A stretch of 64,000 nt of DNA from an uncultured cyanobacterium (GTDB taxonomy: Bacteria; Cyanobacteriota; Cyanobacteriia; Cyanobacteriales; Xenococcaceae): assembly GCA_963724445.1 (NCBI GenBank), contig CAVRWR010000029.1, forward strand, positions 12,391 through 76,390, in the 5' to 3' direction. The notes below the pieces were generated by a model that made no database searches, was not told where the DNA came from, and saw only the letters and a program-made list of their open reading frames with translations. The position numbers were made by a program, and so were the translations under genes. Positions 22,060 to 32,120 of the stretch are shown here, piece by piece (the first letter of the stretch is position 1; the number at the start of each line of letters is the position of its first letter).

Positions 22060-22389
22060 TGAACGTTTTATATACTCTTCTTTTTCTTTGATCCAACTTT
22101 GCATAAGTGTTGGAGAGCCATATTTGTAATAGCACGCTCGACCCCCTTCATAGAAACCGAATAGCCAATGGTTTTTTTGCCATTTTTGAATATGATCAGA
22201 ACCAAAATCTCTAACTGTAGTTACAGAACCAGTAGTTGATGAGGTTGTTTTTAACTCAAATGGGATATTTTCTTCGTTTAGCTTTAAAAAAGCATCAATC
22301 CCTGACCGTCCTTCATTTTCATCTTTAACGAGATTAAAAAGCTCAATCATTTCTTCTTCTCTCTTGTCGTCTTGGAAATTGCCAGCCAC
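22060..22389 (-). pseudogene. Truncated PD-(D/E)XK nuclease (restriction endonuclease-like)
   Basis: GIDAF...FELKT catalytic pattern; GTG start with AGGAG RBS; the reading frame runs on into a REP and the antisense of recJ. Confidence 0.6.
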
Positions 22390-22488
22390 TAATAACTCCT
22401 TTTGGTAGGTTTTTTTTGGCTGTAATATCTTAACTTTTGATCTTTACAACTGCCATACTGTCTAAAATTTGTCTTAAAATCTAATAAA

Positions 22489-22607
22489 TTAACTACCTTC
22501 ATCATCAGGATTGATATGTAGATATTTTTCCGTAGTAATCATACTGATAAAAACTTTGCTGCAATAATCTTAATAGAACCAGTTTCTAGATTATGTTTAG
22601 CGTGGCT
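22489..22607 (-). pseudogene. Decayed C-terminal remnant of a tyrosine recombinase
   Basis: Manual translation across frameshifts gives SHAKHNLETG / LLQQS / SMITTEKYLHINPDDEGS*, matching the HAxHxLxxG...LQxxLGHxSIxTTxxYxH box II. Confidence 0.5.
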
Positions 22608-22664
22608 ATTGGCTATGTACCTACTTAAGCCGAATGTAGATTTAGGGGTAGATTTTCCGAGCAT

Positions 22665-23396
22665 TTAAGCCGATTGATTGAGGATTTTGATGTACTCCTT
22701 GACAGTATTAGCAAAACCCATTTCTAACGCTTCGGCGGTCAAGGCATGACCAATAGAAACTTCGAGGATGCCAGGAATTGTGCAGAATTTAGCTAGATTG
22801 TCCAGATTAAGGTCATGTCCTGCATTGACTCCTAATCCCAATTCTTGGGCTTTTTGGGCAGCATCAGCAAACTGTTGCCACACAGAATCTAAATCTTTCT
22901 GTTCGCGGTAAGCAGTTGCATAGGGTTCGGTATAGAGTTCAATTCTCTCTGCACCCGTATCAGGAACGAGACTAATTTGCTCCATATCAGCATCCATAAA
23001 TAGACTGACTCGGCTACCAAGATCCTGTAGCTCTTTGATAATCGGCATTAAACGCTCTTGATCTTGAGTTAAATTCCAACCACTGTCTGAAGTAAAAGTA
23101 TCTGGTGCGTCGGGAACAAGAGTACACTGAGTTGGCTTTACTTGACGCACAATCTCGATAAAAGAGACTTCCAAAGGATTACCCTCAATGTTAAATTCTA
23201 CAGCAGAAACTACATCGACCAAATCATAAACATCTCCTGGTCGAATATGCCTTTGGTCGGGACGGGGATGCACCGTGATCCCTTTCGCTCCAGCATCAAT
23301 ACATATTTTTGCCATCTTAGTAATGCTAGGAATCCCAATATTGCGAGTGTTTCTGATGAGTGCCACTTTATTGAGATTGACGCTGAGATTAGTCAT
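22665..23396 (-). CDS. pdxJ: Pyridoxine 5'-phosphate synthase
   Basis: LSVNLNKVALIRN, ITVHPRPDQRHI, NAGHDL, EVSIGHAL. Confidence 0.96.
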   Translation of the reverse strand: MTNLSVNLNKVALIRNTRNIGIPSITKMAKICIDAGAKGITVHPRPDQRHIRPGDVYDLVDVVSAVEFNIEGNPLEVSFIEIVRQVKPTQCTLVPDAPDTFTSDSGWNLTQDQERLMPIIKELQDLGSRVSLFMDADMEQISLVPDTGAERIELYTEPYATAYREQKDLDSVWQQFADAAQKAQELGLGVNAGHDLNLDNLAKFCTIPGILEVSIGHALTAEALEMGFANTVKEYIKILNQSA

Positions 23397-23492
23397 TTCT
23401 TATACCCTGTCTTCTGGAATCGAACATATCATAAGTTATCAGCAGGCAATAAAGCTGAATTTTTTTTTAGTATTCTAGGGTGCTTAGAAGTA

Positions 23493-24431
23493 CTATTCTG
23501 TCGAATGATGCACATGCTCGTGATGATGCTTGTCCTCGGATGCAGACTCTCGCATTTGGCAATATTCATCGAGATATTCAATTTCCACCGTAATATGTTC
23601 TAGGTGAAGTTCTTCCCCCAGGTGTCTAATTGCTCCTTTAATTCCCTGTATTTCCTCCCTGGTAGTATTGTTTTCCACGATAATGTGAGTAGTTAACACA
23701 TGATTTTCTCCATCCAATGACCAGATGTGGGTGTGATGAAGAGAATCAACTTTTTCCAGGGCGATAATACTTTGTTCTAGTTGTTTAATATCAAGATCTT
23801 CAGGTACGGCTTGAAGAAATAGCAAAAGACTTTGGCGCAAATTAGCGATCGCATTATACAGAATATAAACGGCAATCAAGATCGACAGAATCGGATCGAG
23901 GATATAAAAATCGGTAAACAACAGCACAATACTGACAATCAATACTGCCACCCAACCCAAAGCATCCTCAAACAAATGCCAAGCGACAACCCTCGCATTA
24001 AGAGAAGTGGTTTTAGCTAGCCGTACCATCGCCAATCCATTTACCGCTACACCTAAAATGGCAAATAAAATCATGCCCTTAGCGTCGGTAGGTTCGGGAT
24101 TTAAAACTCTGGGGATAGCTCTGGAGATAACATAGAGTGAACCAGCAAATAGAATTAGGGTATTAATTAAAGCTGCCAAAGATGAAAGACGACGATAACC
24201 ATAAGAGAAGGCGGGATCGCTCTTTTTATGGGAATATTTTTCTAAATACCAGGCTAGTCCAAGAGAAACACTATCTCCTAAGTCATGAACCGCATCCGAA
24301 ACTATGGCTAAACTATTTGTCCACAACCCACCAAATATTTCTAAAATAGCAAAGCTCAAGTTCAGGAAGAAAGCTAGCTTTATATCTTTGATAATTTGAT
24401 GAGAATGAGAGTGATTATGATTGTTACCCAT
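23493..24431 (-). CDS. Cation diffusion facilitator (CzcD/ZitB-like) metal exporter
   Basis: His-rich termini, SDAVHDLGD, FSYGYRR, HLFED, HHTHIWSL. Confidence 0.92.
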   Translation of the reverse strand: MGNNHNHSHSHQIIKDIKLAFFLNLSFAILEIFGGLWTNSLAIVSDAVHDLGDSVSLGLAWYLEKYSHKKSDPAFSYGYRRLSSLAALINTLILFAGSLYVISRAIPRVLNPEPTDAKGMILFAILGVAVNGLAMVRLAKTTSLNARVVAWHLFEDALGWVAVLIVSIVLLFTDFYILDPILSILIAVYILYNAIANLRQSLLLFLQAVPEDLDIKQLEQSIIALEKVDSLHHTHIWSLDGENHVLTTHIIVENNTTREEIQGIKGAIRHLGEELHLEHITVEIEYLDEYCQMRESASEDKHHHEHVHHSTE

Positions 24432-24539
24432 TATTTTTTATCTACAGGTCTTTAGATTATAGATTTAATTGCTTTAAAAGAGAATTCAAGCCATACAGAC
24501 AAACTGATAACAATAATTATTATCTTATTCAAAATTATT

Positions 24540-24851
24540 ATGATTCTCGAAACAGCAACTTTAAAAATAAAGCCTGGTCATAATCAAGAGTTTGAAGTTG
24601 CCTTTGCTAAAGCTTCAAAGATAATTTCTTCGATGCCAGGATATCTTAATCATGATTTACAAAAGTGTATCGAGGTTGAAAATCAATATTTGCTCTTGGT
24701 TAATTGGCAAACTCTTGAAGATCATACCGTGGGTTTTCGGCAGTCACCAGAATATCAAACTTGGAAAGAACTCTTACATCATTTTTACGCTCCTTGCCCT
24801 ATAGTTGAACATTATCAAACTGTAATTAATGGCGTTGCTATTAGCTATTAG
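24540..24851 (+). CDS. Antibiotic biosynthesis monooxygenase (ABM) family protein
   Basis: PGYLNHDL, WQTLEDHTVGFRQSPEY. Confidence 0.88.
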   Translation: MILETATLKIKPGHNQEFEVAFAKASKIISSMPGYLNHDLQKCIEVENQYLLLVNWQTLEDHTVGFRQSPEYQTWKELLHHFYAPCPIVEHYQTVINGVAISY

Positions 24852-24874
24852 CTTTTGAATGTAACTATTAAGTA

Positions 24875-27800
24875 TCAATTTCCAGGAATTGCGCCTTCCA
24901 ATGGGCGAACAATGGTGTTAGCGTTATTTTTAGGTTGGAAGATTGCTTGAATAGCTTCATCTAAGGTTTCTGCCATCACAATTTGATTTTCATAGACCAC
25001 AATGACCCTGGTTAAGGCAGGTAGACTATTTTCCTCGGCTTCAAGATAAAGCGGTTCGACGTAGAGTAGAGATTGTTCAATCGGAATAATGAGTAAATTT
25101 CCTTGAATTGCTCGCGATCCTTCTCGATTCCAGAGAGAGATTTGCTGAGAGATCACTGGATCTTGGTTGATTAAAGCTTCGATTTGATTGGGACCATAGA
25201 TCAGCTTTTGCTTAGGGAATTTATACAGTAAGAGCTTGCCGTATTCTGCACCGTCGGATCTCGCTGCTAGCCAAGCAATCAGGTTAGGACGGCTAATAGG
25301 AGTATAGGGATGCAAGAGAATAAATTCCTCTTCACTGGCGGTAGGTAGCTTCATGATTAGATAGTAGGGTGCTACTGGTTGAGATTTATTGCCATAGATT
25401 TCTTTGGGAATTTGCCATTGATCCTCACGGTTATAAAATACCTGGGGATCTGTCATATGGTAGGTCAGCAGCCTTTCTGATTGGATACTAAAGAAATCTT
25501 CAGGATAGCGAATGTGTCGGCGCAACTCTAACGGCATGGCGCTTAGGGGTTGGAATAGCTGGGGGAATACCTTGTCCCAAGTGCGAATCATCGGATCGGA
25601 TTCGTCAGCTATGTAAAAATCTACTTTGCCACTATAGGCATCTACTACGACTTTGACGGAGTTACGGAGATAATTAAAGGGGTTTTTGCCTGGATCGGAA
25701 TAGGGATAGCGATCGCTGGTAGTGTAGGCATCGACGATCCAATAAAGATGATCTTGGTGATCTACTTGATTGTTGGTTCTAGCGGCAACTAAATAGGGGT
25801 CTTGATCGTAATTGAGAAAAGGGGCGATCTCTTTAATTCGTTGCTTGATATTGCGGCGAAATAGCAGCTTCGTATCAGTCGTGAAGTTTTGGGCAAACAG
25901 CATTTGCCAGTCTTTAAGATACTCGGCAAATAAGATCCGTTGGAAGTAGTTCCCAATTTTAATGCCCCCAGTACCATCGTAAACTGTATAAACGTTCTCT
26001 TCTCCGCTAGGGTAATCCAACTCCTGAACTTTAGTGGAGGTCATGATGTAGGGATTGGTCAATTCCCCAAAATAAATGCGCGGTTTACCGATGGGAATAC
26101 TGTTGCGAATTACCTCGTCAGATATTGTTAGAGAGCCTGATTCTTCACTGCCTGTGCCAAGATTTTTGACATAGTAATAGGGTAAGCCTCCCTCAGCGAC
26201 TCGGTTTACGGGAGAGAGAGTAAAGCCATAACCGTGAGTATAAATCAGGTGTTCGTTGACCCAAGTTTTGGCAATATCTTGAACTTCCTCATAGTTTAAT
26301 TCCCGTGCTGCAATAATTACCTGCTGTTTATCGGCATCGGTCATTTGCCGATCTTTACTTAGAAGATAGCGATCGATATCCGCATCATGAAATTGATAGT
26401 AGGGACGGATTTGCTGGAGTTGACGATTGGTTTGCAGAATGGGACGGGTATCCCATAGGCGAATATTTTTGATAGTGGAGTTGTTATTTTGTAGATCTGA
26501 TGCCGATAACTGTCCTTGGGGATTAAAAGTTTTAGCTTCAATATTATCTAAGTTGAAAGCCTTACGAGTCATGGCGATACTCCGTTCAATGTAAGGTCTT
26601 TCTTTAGCTAGTTCATTGGGTTGAACGATTAAACGCTGTACTGTTGCACTAGCAATATCGCTGAGGAGTACGATCGATAGATACGCCGCAAAAGGAAAAA
26701 TTAACAAGATAATTTTTTTTACTTTGCGCTGTTGAATCTGGAGGTTGCGATATCCTTTAAAGCCTTTGTACAGCAGCCAAATACTGCTAATAATTGATAC
26801 TACAGTCAAGCATACTTCTAGCGGTAGCTGAACCTGAATGTTAGTATAGCCTGCACCATAAACTACCCCGCGAGAACTATAAAGCAAATCAAAGCGATTA
26901 AGCCAATGCTGACAAGCCAAAGCAAACATCACTCCCGCACCCAGAAAGGAAAGATGGCGGAGTTGAATTTTGGAAAAGCCAGGAAAACGTCCTTCAGACA
27001 GGCTGTTACCTGAGAGTAAATAAAACAAAAGGCAGCCCAACAAGGCACAGCATGATAAACCAAGCAGCCAGGATTCTATTAGGTGCCAAAGGGGAAAGCG
27101 AAAAATATAAAAACTAATATCTTGCTTAAACTGGGGATCTGATAAATCAAACTCGGAAAGCTTAAAAAAGCGCAGGATTATTGTCCAGTTACCAGCAGCA
27201 ATCAGACCAAATACAATACTGATCACAATGGCGATCGCTCTCAAGCTAATCTTCGGTTGCCAAAGCAGCAGTCCGACTATAACGACTATTATGGCTAACT
27301 GACGTAGATAGTCGATCGCAAAGCCTGAAATGTTGGCAAAATCAAACACATCTAAGGGTGGTCTTAATGTGGACGCAATCTGCGGTAAACGATAGCTAGT
27401 TTGCCAAATTGATAAAGCGACATCCGTATAGTTAATCAGAATGCAGGTAATGCCAACGGAGGTTGCGATCGCGGCTAAAAGTAAAAGAGGTAGGGTCAAC
27501 CGAGGAGAATAGGTCTTTCTGTCGGCATACTGTCTAGCCCCAGGCTTGTTTTGCCAAACATTACTAGAGACATCTTTGCCTAGCAGCCTTTTTTCCTGGG
27601 GAATTATGGGAACTCCCGCATCGTACCACTCATCTTTTGGTAGCCACTGCCATTGCCATCGTTTTGCCAGCCATAAATTGCCGCCGATAAATAATCCTGA
27701 AATGAGAGTGACAAAAAACCATAAGCTGTATTGACTAAAACGCCGTACTAAAAATACTGAGAGATAGTTTACTTCCTTAAACCAGAGTATTTCAGCAAAT

Positions 27801-27883
27801 AAACGCGCGGCAAATTCAAATATTAGCCAAAAACCTGCAACAATCGCAATGGAGCTTAGTATCGATAGATAACGCCGTTTCAT
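24875..27883 (-). CDS. UPF0182 family membrane protein
   Basis: DPQFKQDISFYIF, NIRLWD, HLIYTHGYG, NYLRNSVKVVVDAYSG, LLYVEPLY. Confidence 0.93.
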   Translation of the reverse strand: MKRRYLSILSSIAIVAGFWLIFEFAARLFAEILWFKEVNYLSVFLVRRFSQYSLWFFVTLISGLFIGGNLWLAKRWQWQWLPKDEWYDAGVPIIPQEKRLLGKDVSSNVWQNKPGARQYADRKTYSPRLTLPLLLLAAIATSVGITCILINYTDVALSIWQTSYRLPQIASTLRPPLDVFDFANISGFAIDYLRQLAIIVVIVGLLLWQPKISLRAIAIVISIVFGLIAAGNWTIILRFFKLSEFDLSDPQFKQDISFYIFRFPLWHLIESWLLGLSCCALLGCLLFYLLSGNSLSEGRFPGFSKIQLRHLSFLGAGVMFALACQHWLNRFDLLYSSRGVVYGAGYTNIQVQLPLEVCLTVVSIISSIWLLYKGFKGYRNLQIQQRKVKKIILLIFPFAAYLSIVLLSDIASATVQRLIVQPNELAKERPYIERSIAMTRKAFNLDNIEAKTFNPQGQLSASDLQNNNSTIKNIRLWDTRPILQTNRQLQQIRPYYQFHDADIDRYLLSKDRQMTDADKQQVIIAARELNYEEVQDIAKTWVNEHLIYTHGYGFTLSPVNRVAEGGLPYYYVKNLGTGSEESGSLTISDEVIRNSIPIGKPRIYFGELTNPYIMTSTKVQELDYPSGEENVYTVYDGTGGIKIGNYFQRILFAEYLKDWQMLFAQNFTTDTKLLFRRNIKQRIKEIAPFLNYDQDPYLVAARTNNQVDHQDHLYWIVDAYTTSDRYPYSDPGKNPFNYLRNSVKVVVDAYSGKVDFYIADESDPMIRTWDKVFPQLFQPLSAMPLELRRHIRYPEDFFSIQSERLLTYHMTDPQVFYNREDQWQIPKEIYGNKSQPVAPYYLIMKLPTASEEEFILLHPYTPISRPNLIAWLAARSDGAEYGKLLLYKFPKQKLIYGPNQIEALINQDPVISQQISLWNREGSRAIQGNLLIIPIEQSLLYVEPLYLEAEENSLPALTRVIVVYENQIVMAETLDEAIQAIFQPKNNANTIVRPLEGAIPGN

Positions 27884-27890
27884 GAGCAGT

Positions 27891-27917
27891 TAGAGGCGAA
27901 CAGCCGTTCGCCCGTAC
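27891..27917 (-). repeat. REP-like palindrome
   Basis: Reverse complement gtacgggcgaacggctgttcgcctcta. Confidence 0.65.
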
Positions 27918-27944
27918 ACCAGTAATTAGTAAGAGTAATGTAGG

Positions 27945-28007
27945 GTAGGGTAGGCAAGAGAAAACCAATCATAAAAATCGACTATTTAGATAATGCCCAC
28001 CAGTAAT
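27945..28007 (+). repeat. About 63-bp REP-derived element, copy 1
   Basis: gtagggtaggcaag...aatcat...cgactat.tagat.atgcccacc; inverted homolog at 30460-30524. Confidence 0.75.
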
Positions 28008-28062
28008 CAGTTTGATCTAAGATCTAACCAATATAAAACTTTTTTACGATACATATCATTTT

Positions 28063-30453
28063 ATGGTTAAGTCCCTTGCCTCTGCTCAAGACCACATGCA
28101 AACCAAGGTTTCCGACTCTACAACCGAACTAAAGACAGTAGCACTAGATGTGGGCGGCATGAAGTGTGCGGGCTGCGTCAAAGCTGTAGAGAAGCAGTTA
28201 GAACAAAATTCGGGCGTGGTGTCGGCTTGCGTCAACTTAATTACCGAAGTAGCAGTGGTGGAGTATCAAGCTCAAAATATTACTCCAGAAGTTCTAGCTG
28301 AAAAATTAACCAAAACGGGTTTTCCCAGCCAACTACGCCAAAGCGATCGCACTATCTATCAGGCAGCCCAGAAAAATCAGCTCAAAAGAGAGCAGCAAGA
28401 GCAACAGCGGACTCAACAGCTAATTACCGCCACTGTTTTACTAGTCTTTTCCAGTATTGGTCATCTCCATCATCTAGGCTTACCTACAATACCCCTTCTC
28501 AGCAATATCTGGGTACATTTTGGTTTGGCTACCTTAGCCTTATTAATCCCAGGGCGATCGCTTTTAATCGATGGTTGGCGCAGTCTGACTCAGGGAATGC
28601 CCAATATGAATACCCTAGTCGGTTTAGGAACGGTTAGTGCCTATCTAGCTAGCTGCTTTGCTTTATTTATTCCTAGTTTGGGTTGGGAATGTTTTTTTGA
28701 TGAGCCTGTAATGTTATTGGGCTTTATTTTACTGGGACGTACCTTGGAAGGAAAAGCCCGCAATCGCGCCTCGGCTGCTTTAGAAAAGCTAGTCACCCTG
28801 CAACCGCCGATAGCTCGCTTGGTTGGGCAACAGGAACAGTCCGAAACCATTAAAATTCCAGTCGAGCAGGTCAAGCTAGGAGAATTGCTGCGGATCTTAC
28901 CAGGGGAAAAAATTCCCGTAGATGGCACTATTGTTGCTGGAGAAACTTCGGTAGATGAGTCGATGCTAACAGGAGAATCCATTGCTGTAGCCAAAAGCGA
29001 ATCCGATGGGGTGCGAGCAGGAACAATTAATCAGTCTGGAGTTATTACGATTAAAGTAACTAGTATTGGTCAAGATACTACTCTGGCGAAAATCATCAAC
29101 TTAGTGGAGGATGCTCAAACTCGCAAAGCTCCTGTACAGCAGCTAGCTGATACTATTGCTGGCTACTTTGCCTATGGTGTTATGGCGATCGCCACCGCGA
29201 CTTGGCTATTTTGGTATTTTATCGGTACCCATATTTGGGATTCGGTCTTAGTAACTACATCCCAGGGAATGTCAATGCCGATGGCAACAGGAGAAATCAG
29301 TATGACCACCTCTCCTTTGCTGTTAAGTTTAAAACTGGCGATCGCGGTTTTAGTCATCGCTTGTCCCTGCGCTCTAGGTTTAGCCACCCCGACAGCAATC
29401 TTGGTAGGTACTAGCATCGGTGCCGAATCAGGTATTTTAATCAAGGGTGGAGATGTCCTCGAAAGAGTGCGGCAGTTAGACACGGTAGTTTTTGATAAAA
29501 CAGGTACTCTAACTATGGGCAAACCTAGCGTTACCGAATGTCTCCCTCTGACGGATATTACGCCGCAAAAGCTGCTCCAGATTGCCGCATCTATCGAAAG
29601 CGGTAGTAATCATCCTCTTGCTCAGGCAATTCTTACCGCCGCCAAAGCCCAAGATCTGACTTTACTAGAAACTGCTGATTTTAATACTGCCATCGGACAA
29701 GGAATATCTGCCACTGTCGCGGGAGAAACCGCCTATTTAGGTAATCAGCAATGGCTAACCAGCCAAGGAATTACAATTTCCAAGCATCACGATTTAAAAG
29801 CGCAGCATATGGCTCAATCAGGTAAAACAATTATTTATCTGGCTGTTGCTGGAGTATTACAGGGATTAATTGCCATAGAAGACAATTTACGTCCCGACGC
29901 AGTTGAAAGCATCAGACAGCTACAGGCTCTTGGGTTAGAAACTATCCTGCTTACAGGCGATCGCGAAGAAGTGGCTGTGGCGATCGCTGAAAAACTCAAG
30001 ATCGCCCAAGTTTTCTCTCAAGTCAAACCAGATGAGAAGGCACAGATAATTCAATCTCTCCAGCAGAATAAGCATTCAAATAAACAGGTAGCGATGGTGG
30101 GAGACGGGATCAACGATGCCCCCGCTTTAGCTCAGGCAGATGTAGGTATATCACTACAGGGAAGCACAGATGTGGCGATCGCTACTGCTGATATTGTCCT
30201 CATGCAAAATCGACTTCAGGACGTAATTAAATCAATTGAACTTAGTCGGGCGACAGTTGCCAAAATTAAGCAAAATCTCATCTGGGCATTGGCTTACAAT
30301 GTCTTGGCAATTCCCATCGCCGCAGGAGTCTTATTACCCCACTTTGGAGTCCTTTTAACTCCAGTTTGGGCAGCAGTGGCAATGGCATCTAGCTCTCTAA
30401 TTGTCGTGACTAATTCTTTATTGCTAAATTCTCAAGCTAAATTAAAAACATAA
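28063..30453 (+). CDS. ctaA: Cu(I)-transporting P1B-type ATPase (CtaA-like)
   Basis: GMKCAGC metal-binding domain, TGES, CPC, DKTGTLT, HPLA, GDGINDAP, YN. Confidence 0.88.
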   Translation: MVKSLASAQDHMQTKVSDSTTELKTVALDVGGMKCAGCVKAVEKQLEQNSGVVSACVNLITEVAVVEYQAQNITPEVLAEKLTKTGFPSQLRQSDRTIYQAAQKNQLKREQQEQQRTQQLITATVLLVFSSIGHLHHLGLPTIPLLSNIWVHFGLATLALLIPGRSLLIDGWRSLTQGMPNMNTLVGLGTVSAYLASCFALFIPSLGWECFFDEPVMLLGFILLGRTLEGKARNRASAALEKLVTLQPPIARLVGQQEQSETIKIPVEQVKLGELLRILPGEKIPVDGTIVAGETSVDESMLTGESIAVAKSESDGVRAGTINQSGVITIKVTSIGQDTTLAKIINLVEDAQTRKAPVQQLADTIAGYFAYGVMAIATATWLFWYFIGTHIWDSVLVTTSQGMSMPMATGEISMTTSPLLLSLKLAIAVLVIACPCALGLATPTAILVGTSIGAESGILIKGGDVLERVRQLDTVVFDKTGTLTMGKPSVTECLPLTDITPQKLLQIAASIESGSNHPLAQAILTAAKAQDLTLLETADFNTAIGQGISATVAGETAYLGNQQWLTSQGITISKHHDLKAQHMAQSGKTIIYLAVAGVLQGLIAIEDNLRPDAVESIRQLQALGLETILLTGDREEVAVAIAEKLKIAQVFSQVKPDEKAQIIQSLQQNKHSNKQVAMVGDGINDAPALAQADVGISLQGSTDVAIATADIVLMQNRLQDVIKSIELSRATVAKIKQNLIWALAYNVLAIPIAAGVLLPHFGVLLTPVWAAVAMASSSLIVVTNSLLLNSQAKLKT

Positions 30454-30459
30454 CTGTTT

Positions 30460-30524
30460 ATTATTGGTGGGCATGATCTAAGATAGTCGGTTTTGATGAT
30501 TGTTTTTACCTTGCCCACCCTACA
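30460..30524 (-). repeat. About 63-bp REP-derived element, copy 2 (inverted)
   Basis: Reverse complement tgtagggtgggcaaggtaaaaacaatcatcaaaaccgactatcttagatcatgcccaccaataat matches 27945-28007. Confidence 0.75.
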
Positions 30525-30532
30525 CTTAATCT

Positions 30533-31237
30533 TCAACTAGTCCAAAGTCTAATTCCTCCCAGCAATCCCGTGACGTTAGGTATTACCTTGGCATTAGAGG
30601 GTAAGTCAAAGTTAATGTTTTTCGTCTCTCCTCCCCCAATATAGAGAACATCGTAATTGAACAGATGAGCTAGATTAGCGATCGCTTTTTCTAATCTGGT
30701 ATTCCATTTTTTAACACCTTGCTTTTCTAAAGCAGCTCTACCTAATTGTTCTTCGTAGGTTTCTCCCTTGCGAAAAGGATGATGTCCCATCTCCAAGTTT
30801 GGAACCAATTTACCGTTGACAAATAAAGCCGAACCAAATCCCGTACCCAATGTAAGCACCAGCTCGACGCCGATGCCCGAAATTGCCCCAAATCCCTGAA
30901 TGTCTGCATCATTAGCTACTTTTACTGGTTTGCCTAGTAACTGAGTCAAGCTAGTGGCTAAGTCGTATTGCAGCCAGTCGTCATCTAAATTAACAGCGGT
31001 TTTAATAATTCCATTTTGTACTACTCCTGGAAAACCAACAGAAATGCGGTCATATTCTTGTTCTTTTGCCAAAGTAAGAATCGTCTCGATTACTTTATCA
31101 GGTTTGGCAGGGTCAGGAGTTTTCAGACGGTGGCGATCGCTTAAGGGGTTGCCTTCAAGGTCTAATACCATCACTTTAATACCGCTACCACCAATATCAA
31201 CGGCTAAAGTACGCACCTGTAGAGCCTCTTTCATCAT
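30533..31237 (-). CDS. ppgK: Polyphosphate glucokinase (ROK family)
   Basis: DIGGSGIK, GFPGVV, NDAD, TLGTGFGSA, NLEMGH. Confidence 0.85.
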   Translation of the reverse strand: MMKEALQVRTLAVDIGGSGIKVMVLDLEGNPLSDRHRLKTPDPAKPDKVIETILTLAKEQEYDRISVGFPGVVQNGIIKTAVNLDDDWLQYDLATSLTQLLGKPVKVANDADIQGFGAISGIGVELVLTLGTGFGSALFVNGKLVPNLEMGHHPFRKGETYEEQLGRAALEKQGVKKWNTRLEKAIANLAHLFNYDVLYIGGGETKNINFDLPSNAKVIPNVTGLLGGIRLWTS

Positions 31238-31460
31238 GCTTTCCCTAAATAAATCTTGATCAAATTATAAAAGTTTCGAGAAGTTTACTTTCATCTGGTT
31301 CATTTTTGTTTTTATTGGGCAAAATGGGGATAAGAGAAGAAGTAGTTTTTTGTCAGTCTTAGTAATACAAAAAATCTTAAGTTAATTTCTAACTAAATAT
31401 TATCAATAATGAATCTTAAGCAATATTATGAAGCTGCATTAAGCTCTACATCATTTTGCG

Positions 31461-31997
31461 GTGCGGATCGCAATTTGTCTGGGTTTATCCGCTTTGGTAA
31501 TCAAACCCCAATCTGCTCTTAGCGCAGAAAAAGTCAAGCTAATCTATGGTCCATTTAACGGCAAAATTTCCGTAGCTTCTTTAGAAAAATATGCCGCTAC
31601 GGGGGAAATGGATCGAGAGTTTCGCCTTTACTCTAAGTTTGTCGACCAGGAGAAATTGATTAAACTACGATATTGGTTAAACAATCGTTTTGATAGCGAT
31701 CGCGTTGAAATGTATGAATTTACCAATGCTCCAGCAGGAGAAAAGTTTCTCCAAGAATTAGGTACTGTAATCAAAACTCATCCTCAAGGCAACGGATTTT
31801 ATGCCCTGCGCTCGGCATTAATTGGTGCAGCAGATCTACCACATGACTCTGATGGTTGGACGGTAATTGAAGCAATGCAGAACTTTCCTACTGAAGATTT
31901 GGAGATTAATACCAAAGAGCTATTTAAACTGCAAAAATTTTGGTCAGACAACCACAATCATCAGGCAGCTTTAGAAGTGTTTAATCCACGGAAGTAA
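31461..31997 (+). CDS. DUF1400-type secreted protein
   Basis: Signal peptide then AEKVKLIYG...SLEKYA..GE, GFYALRSALI, MQNFPT; start uncertain. Confidence 0.75.
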   Translation: MRIAICLGLSALVIKPQSALSAEKVKLIYGPFNGKISVASLEKYAATGEMDREFRLYSKFVDQEKLIKLRYWLNNRFDSDRVEMYEFTNAPAGEKFLQELGTVIKTHPQGNGFYALRSALIGAADLPHDSDGWTVIEAMQNFPTEDLEINTKELFKLQKFWSDNHNHQAALEVFNPRK

Positions 31998-32120
31998 TTA
32001 ACTCTTTATCTACAATCAAAATCTATAAATTTACTGGGCAAATATCAATAAAGTTTGCCGTTCAGCAAGACAATGCAGTAACTTGTGAGTATTAATTAAT
32101 TTAAAAATTGAGACGGTGTT

